The position numbers were made by a program, and so were the translations under genes. The notes under the pieces were generated by a model. The model ran no database searches. It worked only from the letters and a program-made list of their open reading frames with translations, and was not told the DNA's origin. Source: Bacillota bacterium (GTDB lineage: Bacteria > Bacillota > Clostridia > Oscillospirales > Ruminococcaceae). From it: DNA of 64,000 nucleotides. Location of the stretch: assembly GCA_023439835.1 (NCBI GenBank), contig JAEXUW010000013.1, positions 22,099 through 86,098 of the forward strand, written 5' to 3'. How positions within the stretch are numbered: the stretch's first letter is position 1; every line of letters starts with the position of its first letter. Positions 48,813-58,243 of the stretch are shown here, piece by piece.

Positions 48813-49946
48813 ATGAAAAAGCTCGGAAAGCTCTTGTGGAGTTTTGTTAAAAAGCTGGACAAGTATCTGCTTTTTGCGGTTACGCTTTGCTCTGCTCTTG
48901 GGATAGTGCTTATTTACTCCATATATAAAAACGGTGTTTCGTCGAGTGTTTATCCTTCGACCTATAAGACACAGCTTGTCGCAACCGGTTTAGGAATTAT
49001 AGCGGCGATGGTCATTTCGGCGATTGACTATAATAAGCTTGCGAAGCTCTGGTTCCTTTATGCTCCTGTGGCGATTGGGCTTGTCATGCTCACCTTCACT
49101 CCGCTTGGGATTCAGCGAGAGGGCACAGACGACAGAGCGTGGATTGATTTGGGAGTAACCACCTTTCAGCCGTCAGAGGTTTTAAAGCTTGCGTTTATTT
49201 TTTCATTTGCCTATCATCTGACAAAGGTCGGAGATAAAATCAATAATCCTCTAAATGTTATTTTATTATGTGCTCATGGGGGGGCTCCAATTCTTCTTGT
49301 TTCGGCGCAGGGGGATCAGGGCACGGCAATAGTTTTTGGCGTAATTTTCATCATGATGATTTTTGTCGCAGGCATTTCGTGGAAGTATATAACCGCAGCT
49401 GTTGTGGCTTCGCCTATTTTAGCCGTCTTGGCGTGGAACTTTCTTTTGCTTTCTCACCACAAGACGAGAATCAAAATAATTTTCAATCCGGATCTTGACC
49501 CTTTGGGCGCAGGGAATCAGCAAAGACAGGGGAAAATTGCACTAGGATCAGGTCAGCTTTACGGAAAAGGACTTTTCGGCGGTGAATACAGCTATGTCGC
49601 CGAGGTTCAAAACGACTTTATTTTTTCATATTTGGGGCAGACGCTGGGCTTTGTGGGCTGTATGGCGCTGTGCTGTGTTATCGCATTTATTTGCATCAAG
49701 CTAATGAGCAATGCCGCCGGCGCAAAGGATATCACAGGAAAGCTGATTTGTACGGGAGTATTTGCGCTGTTCTTTGCACATGCTGTAATGAACATTGGCA
49801 TGGTTATCGGTGTAATGCCGGTTATCGGTGTTCCTCTTCCCTTTGTCAGTGCCGGCGGAACAGCGGTGCTGAGTATGTATATGGCGATAGGAATGGCGAT
49901 GAGCGTTCATTCTCACAACGAGAAAAGTAACGCATTATTTTATTAA
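48813..49946 (+). CDS. SEDS family peptidoglycan glycosyltransferase (FtsW/RodA/SpoVE)
   Basis: 377 aa, 10 TM helices, SEDS conserved segments. Confidence 0.85.
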   Translation: MKKLGKLLWSFVKKLDKYLLFAVTLCSALGIVLIYSIYKNGVSSSVYPSTYKTQLVATGLGIIAAMVISAIDYNKLAKLWFLYAPVAIGLVMLTFTPLGIQREGTDDRAWIDLGVTTFQPSEVLKLAFIFSFAYHLTKVGDKINNPLNVILLCAHGGAPILLVSAQGDQGTAIVFGVIFIMMIFVAGISWKYITAAVVASPILAVLAWNFLLLSHHKTRIKIIFNPDLDPLGAGNQQRQGKIALGSGQLYGKGLFGGEYSYVAEVQNDFIFSYLGQTLGFVGCMALCCVIAFICIKLMSNAAGAKDITGKLICTGVFALFFAHAVMNIGMVIGVMPVIGVPLPFVSAGGTAVLSMYMAIGMAMSVHSHNEKSNALFY

Positions 49947-49962
49947 TAGTCGGAGAAATTGT

Positions 49963-50679
49963 ATGCTTAATGAATTTTCAAGAACTGAGCTGATTATCGG
50001 CAAAGAAGCGGTTGAAAGACTGCGGGATGCTTCTGTAATTGTGTTCGGTGTCGGCGGAGTGGGCTCGTTCACGGTTGAGGCGCTTGCTAGAAGCTCGGTC
50101 GGGACGATTGCACTTGTTGACGACGACAAGGTGTGCCTCACAAACATTAACCGTCAGCTTATTGCTTTGCGTTCAACAGTGGGGAAAAGCAAGGTCGAGG
50201 TGGCACGTGACAGAATTCTTGACATTAACCCCACCTGTAAGGTTATAACCTATCAGTGCTTTTATTCTGAAGAAACAGCCGACAGCATTGACCTTTCACA
50301 ATTTGACTATATTGTCGATGCGATAGATACCGTTTCAGCTAAGCTGACGCTGATTGAAAGAGCACAGGCACAGAATATTCCGATAATAAGCTGTATGGGC
50401 TGTGGAAACAAGCTTGACCCGACTCAATTTGAGGTGACGGATATTTATAAGACCTCTGTATGTCCGCTTGCAAAGGTTATGCGATATGAGTTAAAAAAGC
50501 GGGGAGTAAAAAAGCTCAAGGTGCTATATTCAAAGGAGCAACCTAGTAAAACAGCAGAAGAAACGGGGGAAATTACAGAAAAACGTCATATCCCCGGGAG
50601 CATTAGTTTTGTTCCTTCTGTCGCCGGGTTAATAATCGGCGGTGAGGTTATAAAGGATATTGCTTTTGAGCGGATATAA
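49963..50679 (+). CDS. tcdA: tRNA threonylcarbamoyladenosine dehydratase (ThiF/MoeB-fold, TcdA/CsdL)
   Basis: GVGGVGS nucleotide-binding motif; 238 aa TcdA-like. Confidence 0.85.
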   Translation: MLNEFSRTELIIGKEAVERLRDASVIVFGVGGVGSFTVEALARSSVGTIALVDDDKVCLTNINRQLIALRSTVGKSKVEVARDRILDINPTCKVITYQCFYSEETADSIDLSQFDYIVDAIDTVSAKLTLIERAQAQNIPIISCMGCGNKLDPTQFEVTDIYKTSVCPLAKVMRYELKKRGVKKLKVLYSKEQPSKTAEETGEITEKRHIPGSISFVPSVAGLIIGGEVIKDIAFERI

Positions 50680-50687
50680 TCAATAAA

Positions 50688-50725
50688 TATTATACTGACC
50701 CCTGCCCTTTTAGGGCGGGGGTTAT
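50688..50725 (+). terminator. Rho-independent terminator
   Basis: cccctgccc tttta gggcggggg ttattttg. Confidence 0.7.
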
Positions 50726-50776
50726 TTTGTCTACACTTTATTTACAAAAAATACATCTAAAACAGAAAAATGCATA

Positions 50777-50826
50777 TTGACAAAAGAGTCAATTGGATAT
50801 ATAGTTAGTTACATAAGTAATTAACT
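50777..50826 (+). promoter_or_regulatory. Promoter (TTGACA-17-TATAGT) with overlapping 10-4-10 inverted repeat AGTTAGTTAC-ATAA-GTAATTAACT, a candidate GntR/YtrA operator
   Basis: TTGACA 50777-50782, TATAGT 50800-50805, IR 50803-50826 (one mismatch). Confidence 0.5.
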
Positions 50827-50847
50827 AGCAAACAAAGGAGGGGTGAT

Positions 50848-51216
50848 ATGCAGATAAATAATGAAGGCGAGCGCCCAATTTATGTGGAAGTAGCCTCATT
50901 GATTGAGGACGCCATACTTTCCGGTGCGTTTTCTGAGGAAACTCAAATCCCGTCGACGACTGAGCTTTCAGTCAGTATGAAAATCAATCCGGCGACTGCG
51001 TTAAAGGGCATTAATATGCTTGTTGACGAAGGGATAATTTATAAGAAAAGGGGACTTGGCATGTTTGTTTCAAAAGGCTCGGCTGAGAAAATACACTTAA
51101 AGAGAAAAAATGAATTTTTCGAAGCTTTTGTCAGCTCACTTGTCGAGGAGGCTCGCAAGCTTAAAATATCTAAAGAAGAAATTGTCGTTATGATTGAAAG
51201 GGGTTTTAATAAATGA
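50848..51216 (+). CDS. GntR family transcriptional regulator, YtrA subfamily (short)
   Basis: 122 aa, wHTH followed by short dimerisation helices. Confidence 0.85.
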   Translation: MQINNEGERPIYVEVASLIEDAILSGAFSEETQIPSTTELSVSMKINPATALKGINMLVDEGIIYKKRGLGMFVSKGSAEKIHLKRKNEFFEAFVSSLVEEARKLKISKEEIVVMIERGFNK

Positions 51217-52064
51217 GTTCAGTGAAGGTTAATAATATCACAAAATGCTATAAGGATGTAACAGCCTTAAAGGATTTCAGCGTGACTTTTGAAGAGGGGA
51301 AGATTTATGGACTTCTCGGAAGAAACGGCGCCGGTAAGTCAACTCTTCTAAATCTTATCACCAACAGAATTTTCCCGACCAGTGGTGAGGCGACTGTTGA
51401 CGGCGAAAATGTTCTTGAGAATGACAGCGCTCTTTCAAAGATTTACGGAATGTCAGAAAAGAATGTTTATCCCGAGGAGTTCAAGGTTAAAGCTGCGTTT
51501 AAGTGGACAAAGGAGTTTTATCCGGACTTTGATATGGACTATGCGAAGGAGCTTTCAAAGAAATTTTCACTTGACATAAACAAAAAGCTAAAGGGGCTTT
51601 CAACAGGCTATACCTCAATCGCAAAGGTAATAATGGCGCTGGCTTCAAATGCGCCGATAATACTTCTTGATGAGCCTGTATTGGGACTTGACGCAAATCA
51701 CCGCGACCTTTTCTATAAGCTTCTCGTTGAGGATTATTCAAAAAATCCGCGCACAATTGTCATCTCAACTCATTTGATTGAAGAGGTTGCAACGGTTATT
51801 GAGCAGGTTGTTATAGTGAAAAACGGCGAGAAAATTCTCGACGAGCCGACAGAGACGGTGCTTTCAAAGGGCTATTCTGTTTCAGGACCGGCGGTTAAGG
51901 TTGACGAGTATTCAAAAGGCAGGCAGATAATCGGTGAGGATTCAATCGGCGGGCTGAAAACCGCACATATTATGGGAACACCGGACAAAGGAATGCTCCC
52001 CGACGGGCTTGAAATGACAAGGCTTGACCTTCAAAAGCTGTTCATTCAGCTCACAAACAGCTAG
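51213..52064 (+). CDS. ABC transporter ATP-binding protein
   Basis: Walker A GRNGAGKST, signature LSTGYTS, Walker B ILLDEP. Confidence 0.9.
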   Translation: MSSVKVNNITKCYKDVTALKDFSVTFEEGKIYGLLGRNGAGKSTLLNLITNRIFPTSGEATVDGENVLENDSALSKIYGMSEKNVYPEEFKVKAAFKWTKEFYPDFDMDYAKELSKKFSLDINKKLKGLSTGYTSIAKVIMALASNAPIILLDEPVLGLDANHRDLFYKLLVEDYSKNPRTIVISTHLIEEVATVIEQVVIVKNGEKILDEPTETVLSKGYSVSGPAVKVDEYSKGRQIIGEDSIGGLKTAHIMGTPDKGMLPDGLEMTRLDLQKLFIQLTNS

Positions 52065-52073
52065 GAGGAGTAT

Positions 52074-52808
52074 ATGAAATCAAAAGCAATTATTAAATTT
52101 CATTTAAATGAAACATCAACCTCAATGATTATGTTTTATACTATCTTCTTCGCTATTGAAGCGATAATGATAATAACATCAATTTCATTAAAATCCCCCG
52201 AAAATCTGACTTTTAACGGCGGTGAGATATCCTCATGGATTTATATTTTTGTAATCGGGCTTATGATGTTTAAAAAGCCGATGAACTTCTTCACAGCACA
52301 TGGAGTATCAAGAAAAACAGCCGTGAAAAGCCTTTTTATGACGGCAGGTCTGTTTTCTTTAGGAATGGCGGTCATTGATGTCTTAAATTTTGCGATAATA
52401 GGTGCAACAGGCATTTTTAAGGGTGAGTTCAATTCTCTTTATGGCACACGCTTTGGCAAAGAGCTTTCAATGAAATATATACCTGAGTTTCTAACAAATC
52501 AGTTCATTTCACTTTTGTTCTATGTTATGCTTGCTTATTTAATTGGGGTTGTGCTATACAGACTCCCCATGAAGGTGAAAATAGGTTTAATTATAGGTGT
52601 GTTTGCAGTTATGTTTCTGGCACCTTTCGGTCTTGTCAGACTGCCTCACGGGATATTGAATATAGTTGAGAAAGCTGCAAAGACATTCTATAAGCATGTG
52701 CTTATCAATCCTGTGGGCAATTCTATTTTCAAAGCCGGCGGTATTGTTGCATTTGGCGCAGTATCTTATCTGACAGCGGTGCGGGCAAGCTTTTCTGAAA
52801 AAACATAA
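52074..52808 (+). CDS. Membrane protein of the GntR-ABC module (putative permease component, paralog 1)
   Basis: 244 aa, about 6 TM helices; shares HGVSRKT motif with the two downstream paralogs. Confidence 0.6.
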   Translation: MKSKAIIKFHLNETSTSMIMFYTIFFAIEAIMIITSISLKSPENLTFNGGEISSWIYIFVIGLMMFKKPMNFFTAHGVSRKTAVKSLFMTAGLFSLGMAVIDVLNFAIIGATGIFKGEFNSLYGTRFGKELSMKYIPEFLTNQFISLLFYVMLAYLIGVVLYRLPMKVKIGLIIGVFAVMFLAPFGLVRLPHGILNIVEKAAKTFYKHVLINPVGNSIFKAGGIVAFGAVSYLTAVRASFSEKT

Positions 52809-52821
52809 GGGGGGAAGATAC

Positions 52822-53589
52822 ATGCTGAAAAAATACAGGTCGGCGCTTTGGTTTCAAAAAAGAGTAATTATCGGCGCTGTTTTACTTTGTTTGATTTTGA
52901 TAGCACAACAAGCGATTTATTATCTTAGAATTAAGTCAGGCGCTATTGTTGACGTTCAGACTTATGAGGGGCTAATGAAATGGTTCTGCGTGGGTATAAT
53001 TGCAGGAACTTTTGGAATGACATTCAGGTTTTTACTGGGGATGGGAGTATCGAGAAGGGTAGCGGTGCTTTCTAACATAACCATAATAATTCTTGTGAGT
53101 TTGATTCTTGCTTTGGGGAATGTGCTGATTCTTAGGTTTTTTATAGGGCAGTATGATTCTATTCTTTATATAGCCACTGAGAACACTTATATCTCCGAAA
53201 AAATCGATGCTATTCAATTTAGTATTTATCGCCATGAAATATCCGAAAATGGTGCGTTTAGGGGTGTCATCGCTGAAATGTTCGCATGGAGCTTTAGCAT
53301 GATGATGATGTTTGCGTCAATTGCTTATGCGGTGAGGGCTATTGTATACCGACTAAGCGCAAGGGGAAGAAAGCTGTTTTTTGCATTAATGGCAGCACTT
53401 GTGTTACTTATACCGAGCAGCCTTTATCTGTTAAGCAGAAAAACCGATGCAATAAGCAAAGCGATCAGCTATCTTTTGCTTGAGGAGCCTCTTCGGTCAT
53501 CGGTTTCATTTACAGTGATAGCGATAATTATGTTCACAACGGCGTATCTTCTCATTCGGCGTGCACCGCTTAAATATAAAGAGGAATAA
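52822..53589 (+). CDS. Membrane protein paralog 2
   Basis: 255 aa; MLKKYRSALWFQ...; C-terminal 58 aa near-identical to paralog 3. Confidence 0.6.
   Translation: MLKKYRSALWFQKRVIIGAVLLCLILIAQQAIYYLRIKSGAIVDVQTYEGLMKWFCVGIIAGTFGMTFRFLLGMGVSRRVAVLSNITIIILVSLILALGNVLILRFFIGQYDSILYIATENTYISEKIDAIQFSIYRHEISENGAFRGVIAEMFAWSFSMMMMFASIAYAVRAIVYRLSARGRKLFFALMAALVLLIPSSLYLLSRKTDAISKAISYLLLEEPLRSSVSFTVIAIIMFTTAYLLIRRAPLKYKEE
53415..53589 (+). repeat. 3' segment about 97% identical to 54290-54463 (gene-end duplication or gene conversion)
   Basis: Direct comparison of the two sequence stretches: 4-5 mismatches over about 175 bp. Confidence 0.8.
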
Positions 53590-53701
53590 AGACAACGCAA
53601 TTAGTTTTTCAAAGCCTTTTAATTATAGAAATAAGAGTTGAAAAACTTCTGACAGCGGTGCGTGCAAGCTTTTTTGAAAAAACTTAAAAGGGGGAAGATA
53701 C

Positions 53702-54463
53702 ATGCTAAAAAAATACAAGACGGCAGTGTGGTATCAATATTGGCATATATTAGCTGTGCTCGCATTATGCATTTATATTGTTTTAGAAAGAGTGATAGAG
53801 TATAACACTATTCATCATGTAGTTAACAGACGCTATGAATTATTTATGTCATTAATGCTGGGGGCTATCATACTTTTTACTTTTGGGAAGACCTTTAGGT
53901 TGATGATGGGGATGGGCGTTTCAAGAAAGACCACGTTTGCTTCTCAGCTGACGGTGATTATACTCGTAGGCTTGCTGTTTTCCGCGTTTAGAACACTAGA
54001 TTTTATTATAGAATTAAGATTAGATTTAATCAAATATAGGGATTTATATAATGCTCATAAATCTTCAACATCTTTTATGACAGAGCTATATATAGGAAGC
54101 AAAAAAGAGTATGTCTATTCATTAGAAACACTGGATGTCATCGCACGAGATATGTTTTTGTGGTGCTTTAGCATGATTATGATGTATGCGGCAATAGCTT
54201 ATGCGGTGAGAATTTTTATTTACGGCTTAAGCTCAAAGGGGAAGAAACGGTTTTTCGCTTCATTGGCGGCGATAGTGATATTTGTCCCTAGCAGCCTTTA
54301 TCTGTTAAGCAGAAAAACTGATGCAATAAGCAAAGCGATCAGCTATCTTTTGCTTGAGGATGCTCTTCGGTCATCGGTTTCATTTACAGTTATAGCGATA
54401 ATTATGTTCACAACGGCATATCTTCTCATTCGGCGTGCACCGCTTAAATATAAAGAGGAATAA
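53702..54463 (+). CDS. Membrane protein paralog 3 (tandem duplicate)
   Basis: 253 aa; MLKKYKTAVWYQ...; the 60 bp upstream of its start duplicates the end of gene 52074-52808 plus RBS. Confidence 0.6.
   Translation: MLKKYKTAVWYQYWHILAVLALCIYIVLERVIEYNTIHHVVNRRYELFMSLMLGAIILFTFGKTFRLMMGMGVSRKTTFASQLTVIILVGLLFSAFRTLDFIIELRLDLIKYRDLYNAHKSSTSFMTELYIGSKKEYVYSLETLDVIARDMFLWCFSMIMMYAAIAYAVRIFIYGLSSKGKKRFFASLAAIVIFVPSSLYLLSRKTDAISKAISYLLLEDALRSSVSFTVIAIIMFTTAYLLIRRAPLKYKEE
54290..54463 (+). repeat. Second copy of the near-identical gene 3' segment
   Basis: See 53415-53589. Confidence 0.8.
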
Positions 54464-54485
54464 AGGACAACAAACGGAAATAAAA

Positions 54486-54523
54486 AAAGATGCAGAGGTT
54501 TTATCCTTTGCATCTTTTATTTT
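54486..54523. terminator. Bidirectional terminator
   Basis: aagatgcagagg ttttatcc tttgcatctt flanked by A7 and T9. Confidence 0.7.
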
Positions 54524-54524
54524 T

Positions 54525-54956
54525 TTACATCTCGTAAATTTCGCTTGATTCAAGAATTTTTATATTGTTTTCTTTTAACGCTGTGACTGCTCTTTCATTA
54601 TTCTCAACACGGAGGATAACATATGCTGTGCTGTCAGTACGGCTGACAAATGCATACATATACTCGACACTGATGTTGTTGGCATAAAGTATTTCCATCG
54701 CCTGTGAAAGTCCGCCCGGCTTATCCTCAATTCCAATAGCTATTACATTTGTGAGCGAAACGGTACAGCCGGCATCCTTGAGAGCCTTTTCAGCCTTGGG
54801 AGGATTGTTGACGATAAGACGCATGATTCCGAAATCCCTTGTGTCGGCGATTGAAAGCGCGCGAATGTCGATATTATTTTCTGTGAGAAGCTTTGTCACC
54901 TCTGAAAGTCTGCCCGGCTTATTTTCCACGAAAATTGAAAGCTGCTGAATGAACAT
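54525..54956 (-). CDS. ACT domain-containing protein (tandem ACT), typical partner of phenylacetate-CoA ligase genes
   Basis: 143 aa; two ACT-like beta-alpha-beta-beta-alpha-beta units. Confidence 0.8.
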   Translation of the reverse strand: MFIQQLSIFVENKPGRLSEVTKLLTENNIDIRALSIADTRDFGIMRLIVNNPPKAEKALKDAGCTVSLTNVIAIGIEDKPGGLSQAMEILYANNISVEYMYAFVSRTDSTAYVILRVENNERAVTALKENNIKILESSEIYEM

Positions 54957-54973
54957 ATATTTTTCCCCCTGTC

Positions 54974-56287
54974 TTATTTTTTTCTTTTGTCGATAACCCT
55001 TACTGCCTTGCCCTCGCTTCTTGTAATGCTTTTCGGCTCAACAAGAGTAATTTTTGCGGCTATTCCGAGCGTTGATTCAATTTGTGATTTTATCTTAGCT
55101 TCCTGAACATTAAGGTTTTTAATCTCATCTGAAAACATCTCGGGAGTAAGCTCAACCTTGATTTCGAGAACGTCGGTGTTGTCAACTCTGTCAACGATAA
55201 GCTGATAATGCGGTGCGGTGCTACCCATTGAAAGAAGTACGCTTTCAACCTGTGACGGGAACACGTTGACACCTCTGATAATAAGCATATCGTCAGAGCG
55301 TCCTCTCGGCTTGAGCATTTTAATTAGCGTTCTTCCGCATTTGCAGGTGCCCTTTTCCAAAACCGCAATGTCCCTTGTTCTATATCTGATAAGCGGAAAA
55401 GCCTCCTTAGAAATACAGGTGAAAACAAGCTCACCCTCAGTTCCGTAGGGGAGAACCTCTAAGGTGTCAGGGTCGATTATTTCGGGAATGAAATGGTCCT
55501 CGTTAATATGCATTCCAGACTGGTCCTCACATTCAAAAGAAACGCCGGGACCGACAATTTCTGAAAGCCCGTAGATGTCAAAGGCTTTAAGACCGAGCTT
55601 AGACTCAATTTCGGCTCTCATTTCCTCTGTCCACGGCTCTGCACCAAAAATACCGGCTTTTAGCTTTATATCATCTTTGCTGATACCCATTTCAGCCATG
55701 GTTTCAGCAAGATACAAAGCATATGACGGCGTACAGCAGATTATTGTTGAGCCGAAGTCTTTGATTATGTTAATCTGTCGAGGGGTGTTTCCGACTGAAA
55801 CCGGAATTGTCGTACAGCCGACCTTTTCAGCACCGTAGTGCATTCCTATTCCGCCTGTGAAAAGCCCATAGCCGTATGAAACGTGAAGAAAGTCCTTGCT
55901 TGAGCCACCCGCAGCCGTTATTGCTCTTGCGGTGCATTCAGCCCACATGTCAATATCGTTTTTTGTATAGCCTACTACAATTTGCTTTCCTGTTGTTCCC
56001 GATGAAGCGTGAAGCCTGACAACCTGATCCATCGGCACCGCAAACAGCCCATAAGGATAGGTGTCCCTTAAATCCTGTTTTGTGGTGAAGGGGAGCTTCG
56101 CTAAGTCGGCAACCGATTTAATTTCGTTAGGGTTTATTCCGGCGGCATCCATTCTTTCACGGTATGCTGGCACATTCTCATAAACGTGTCTGACTGTTTT
56201 TGAAAGGCGAAAGCTCTGAAGAGCCTCCATCTCGTGGGGGAGAGCGCACTCCATGTTTTCGTTCCAGTAGTTTGACAATTCAATCAC
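54974..56287 (-). CDS. paaK: Phenylacetate--CoA ligase family (PaaK-like arylacetate-CoA ligase)
   Basis: 437 aa; adenylate-forming motifs SSGTTGK, YGLTE-like, PaaK N-terminal domain. Confidence 0.88.
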   Translation of the reverse strand: MIELSNYWNENMECALPHEMEALQSFRLSKTVRHVYENVPAYRERMDAAGINPNEIKSVADLAKLPFTTKQDLRDTYPYGLFAVPMDQVVRLHASSGTTGKQIVVGYTKNDIDMWAECTARAITAAGGSSKDFLHVSYGYGLFTGGIGMHYGAEKVGCTTIPVSVGNTPRQINIIKDFGSTIICCTPSYALYLAETMAEMGISKDDIKLKAGIFGAEPWTEEMRAEIESKLGLKAFDIYGLSEIVGPGVSFECEDQSGMHINEDHFIPEIIDPDTLEVLPYGTEGELVFTCISKEAFPLIRYRTRDIAVLEKGTCKCGRTLIKMLKPRGRSDDMLIIRGVNVFPSQVESVLLSMGSTAPHYQLIVDRVDNTDVLEIKVELTPEMFSDEIKNLNVQEAKIKSQIESTLGIAAKITLVEPKSITRSEGKAVRVIDKRKK

Positions 56288-56300
56288 TCCTGTAAAAAAT

Positions 56301-57644
56301 TTATGTTGGGGAATAGCCTTCGCAGAATTTCATTTCATTTCCGCCGAAATCCTTATCAATAGTTTCACGGCTTGAAAATATAATTTTCACTTCGTCGGGC
56401 GAGAAAATGCCAAGCTCATCGGTTTTTCCCAGAAAATTCAGATATTCATCCTCAAGCATGGACTTCATGCCTGTTTTCTCGCTTTTATTCAAATCCTTGT
56501 TTTTGTTAAAGAAGATAAAGGTTCGCCCTGAAAAGCTGACAACTTTATATATCGGGATTGAAGAATAAACGGTTCTGATGAATTTCTCAAAATTCTCGGC
56601 GGCGATTTTGCTTATAGTATCTCTCAAATGCCGGTTAAGGTTAAAAAACAAAACCTCAAAGCTTTTAATATTGCTGTCGGGACAAATCTTATATTTTCGG
56701 TTAAGAATAAAAAACTGCTTTGTGGTTTCAAGCTTTACATCTTTAAGCTTTTCTGTTGGCATTTCCTCAAGAAAGCTCTCCTTATTCATAAAGGAAATTT
56801 CAAGAACGGGATGTGCCGAAAGGCTTGAAGGGTTAAGGTCAATGAGCTTGAAGTTTACAGCAAAAATACCGTAGGTATCGTCAAGCCAGCTTCCTAAATC
56901 TTTAAATATAGGGGAAAGAGGCTCTTTTTTTGCGGAAAGCTTGAAGGCAACATCCCGAAATCTGTCATAAGGCTTAGCGGGAGGCTCGGGAGAAGGCGGG
57001 GCTTTTTGAATCGGTTTATTCTTTTGAGGTTTTTGAGAAGTGTTATGCTTATAAGAGGGAAGCTCGAACAAAGGCCCGTTTTTCGTTGAGGACGGCTTTT
57101 CGGGTGGCTTTTCAGGCGGTTTTTGTTCAAGCAGTTTTTCAGGTTGAATATCTGGGGTTTTTTTCTCGGGAAGTTTTTCTTCGGGCGGTTTTTCAGACTT
57201 CACCGAAGTTGGCGTAGCCTTTGCCTTTTCACTTTTGAAAGGAGCTGTGTCAACCGCACCTTGAGCTTTCTCAGTCTTGCTCTTTACTTCCTCACTCACT
57301 GAGGATATGTCATCTAAATGAAACATATTAACGGAAAGGTACAGAACATTAGGGTCGTCGGTAATTCCATACTGCTTATTAATTTCAACAAAGAGAAGCG
57401 AAATGATCTTGCTGATATTTGCTTTTTGACTTTGTGTGATGACACCGTCATATACAACGTAAAGCTGACACGATTTTTTTGCGTAATGTGCGTTTTCAAG
57501 CTTTTTAAAGACAATGTTCAATATGTGGATATTATATCGTCGTGAAAGCTGTGAAACAAGCTCTGCGTATGCGGGAGGCAGAGTGAGATTATTTTCTATA
57601 ATATTAACGGTATCTTTATAAAGCCATTTATATGTATTTCTCAT
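56301..57644 (-). CDS. Hypothetical two-domain protein with central Pro/Glu/Lys-rich linker, embedded in the ior-paaK operon
   Basis: about 447 aa; linker [33 protein letters not shown]; no signal peptide or TM; start at MRNTYKW (AGGAGG RBS). Confidence 0.55.
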   Translation of the reverse strand: MRNTYKWLYKDTVNIIENNLTLPPAYAELVSQLSRRYNIHILNIVFKKLENAHYAKKSCQLYVVYDGVITQSQKANISKIISLLFVEINKQYGITDDPNVLYLSVNMFHLDDISSVSEEVKSKTEKAQGAVDTAPFKSEKAKATPTSVKSEKPPEEKLPEKKTPDIQPEKLLEQKPPEKPPEKPSSTKNGPLFELPSYKHNTSQKPQKNKPIQKAPPSPEPPAKPYDRFRDVAFKLSAKKEPLSPIFKDLGSWLDDTYGIFAVNFKLIDLNPSSLSAHPVLEISFMNKESFLEEMPTEKLKDVKLETTKQFFILNRKYKICPDSNIKSFEVLFFNLNRHLRDTISKIAAENFEKFIRTVYSSIPIYKVVSFSGRTFIFFNKNKDLNKSEKTGMKSMLEDEYLNFLGKTDELGIFSPDEVKIIFSSRETIDKDFGGNEMKFCEGYSPT

Positions 57645-57670
57645 GCTGCCTCCTTTCATTACGCTAAAAG

Positions 57671-58243
57671 TTAAATATTTCTGCCGGCTTCAAAGGCTTT
57701 TTTGTTAAGCTCTAAAAATTTAGGGGGGACGCACTCGGCAATCGATTCATTCCAAAACTTTATATCAAAATCAAGAAGCTTTGAAACGACGCCCATTATA
57801 ACCACATTAGAGGCTTTGGGATTCCCCAGCGCTTCAGCCTTTTCAAGCGCATTGACGGCAATAATGTCAATACCCAGTGTTTTTATTTTATCAACAATTC
57901 CCTCAGGATATACCGCAGCGCCGGTAATAACGGGCATAGGGTCGGTCTTCTGTGTCGAAACAATGAGCTTTCCGTCATTTTTCAAATACGGTATCCATCT
58001 TGCGGCTTCAAGCTGTTCAAAAGCGATGATTAAATCAGCTTCGCCCTTTTCGATAACAGGCGATGAAACGCTGTCACCGTATTTTACATAGGTCACGACA
58101 GAGCCGCCACGCTGTGACATTCCGTGAACCTCAGAAACCTTAACGTCCACACCCTGTGAAAGAATGACGTGCCCCATCAGCTTTGAGGCGAGAAGTGAGC
58201 CTTGACCGCCGACACCGACAATCATAATTGATTTTGTGTTCAT
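57671..58243 (-). CDS. iorB: Indolepyruvate:ferredoxin oxidoreductase beta subunit
   Basis: 190 aa; IVGVGGQG gamma-domain motif. Confidence 0.9.
   Translation of the reverse strand: MNTKSIMIVGVGGQGSLLASKLMGHVILSQGVDVKVSEVHGMSQRGGSVVTYVKYGDSVSSPVIEKGEADLIIAFEQLEAARWIPYLKNDGKLIVSTQKTDPMPVITGAAVYPEGIVDKIKTLGIDIIAVNALEKAEALGNPKASNVVIMGVVSKLLDFDIKFWNESIAECVPPKFLELNKKAFEAGRNI

Noticed and set aside
52762-54463. CRISPR array or IS element as explanation for direct repeats
   Set aside because: The repeats are about 60 and about 175 bp segments of paralogous coding genes (tandem gene duplication); there are no short regular repeat-spacer units and no transposase.
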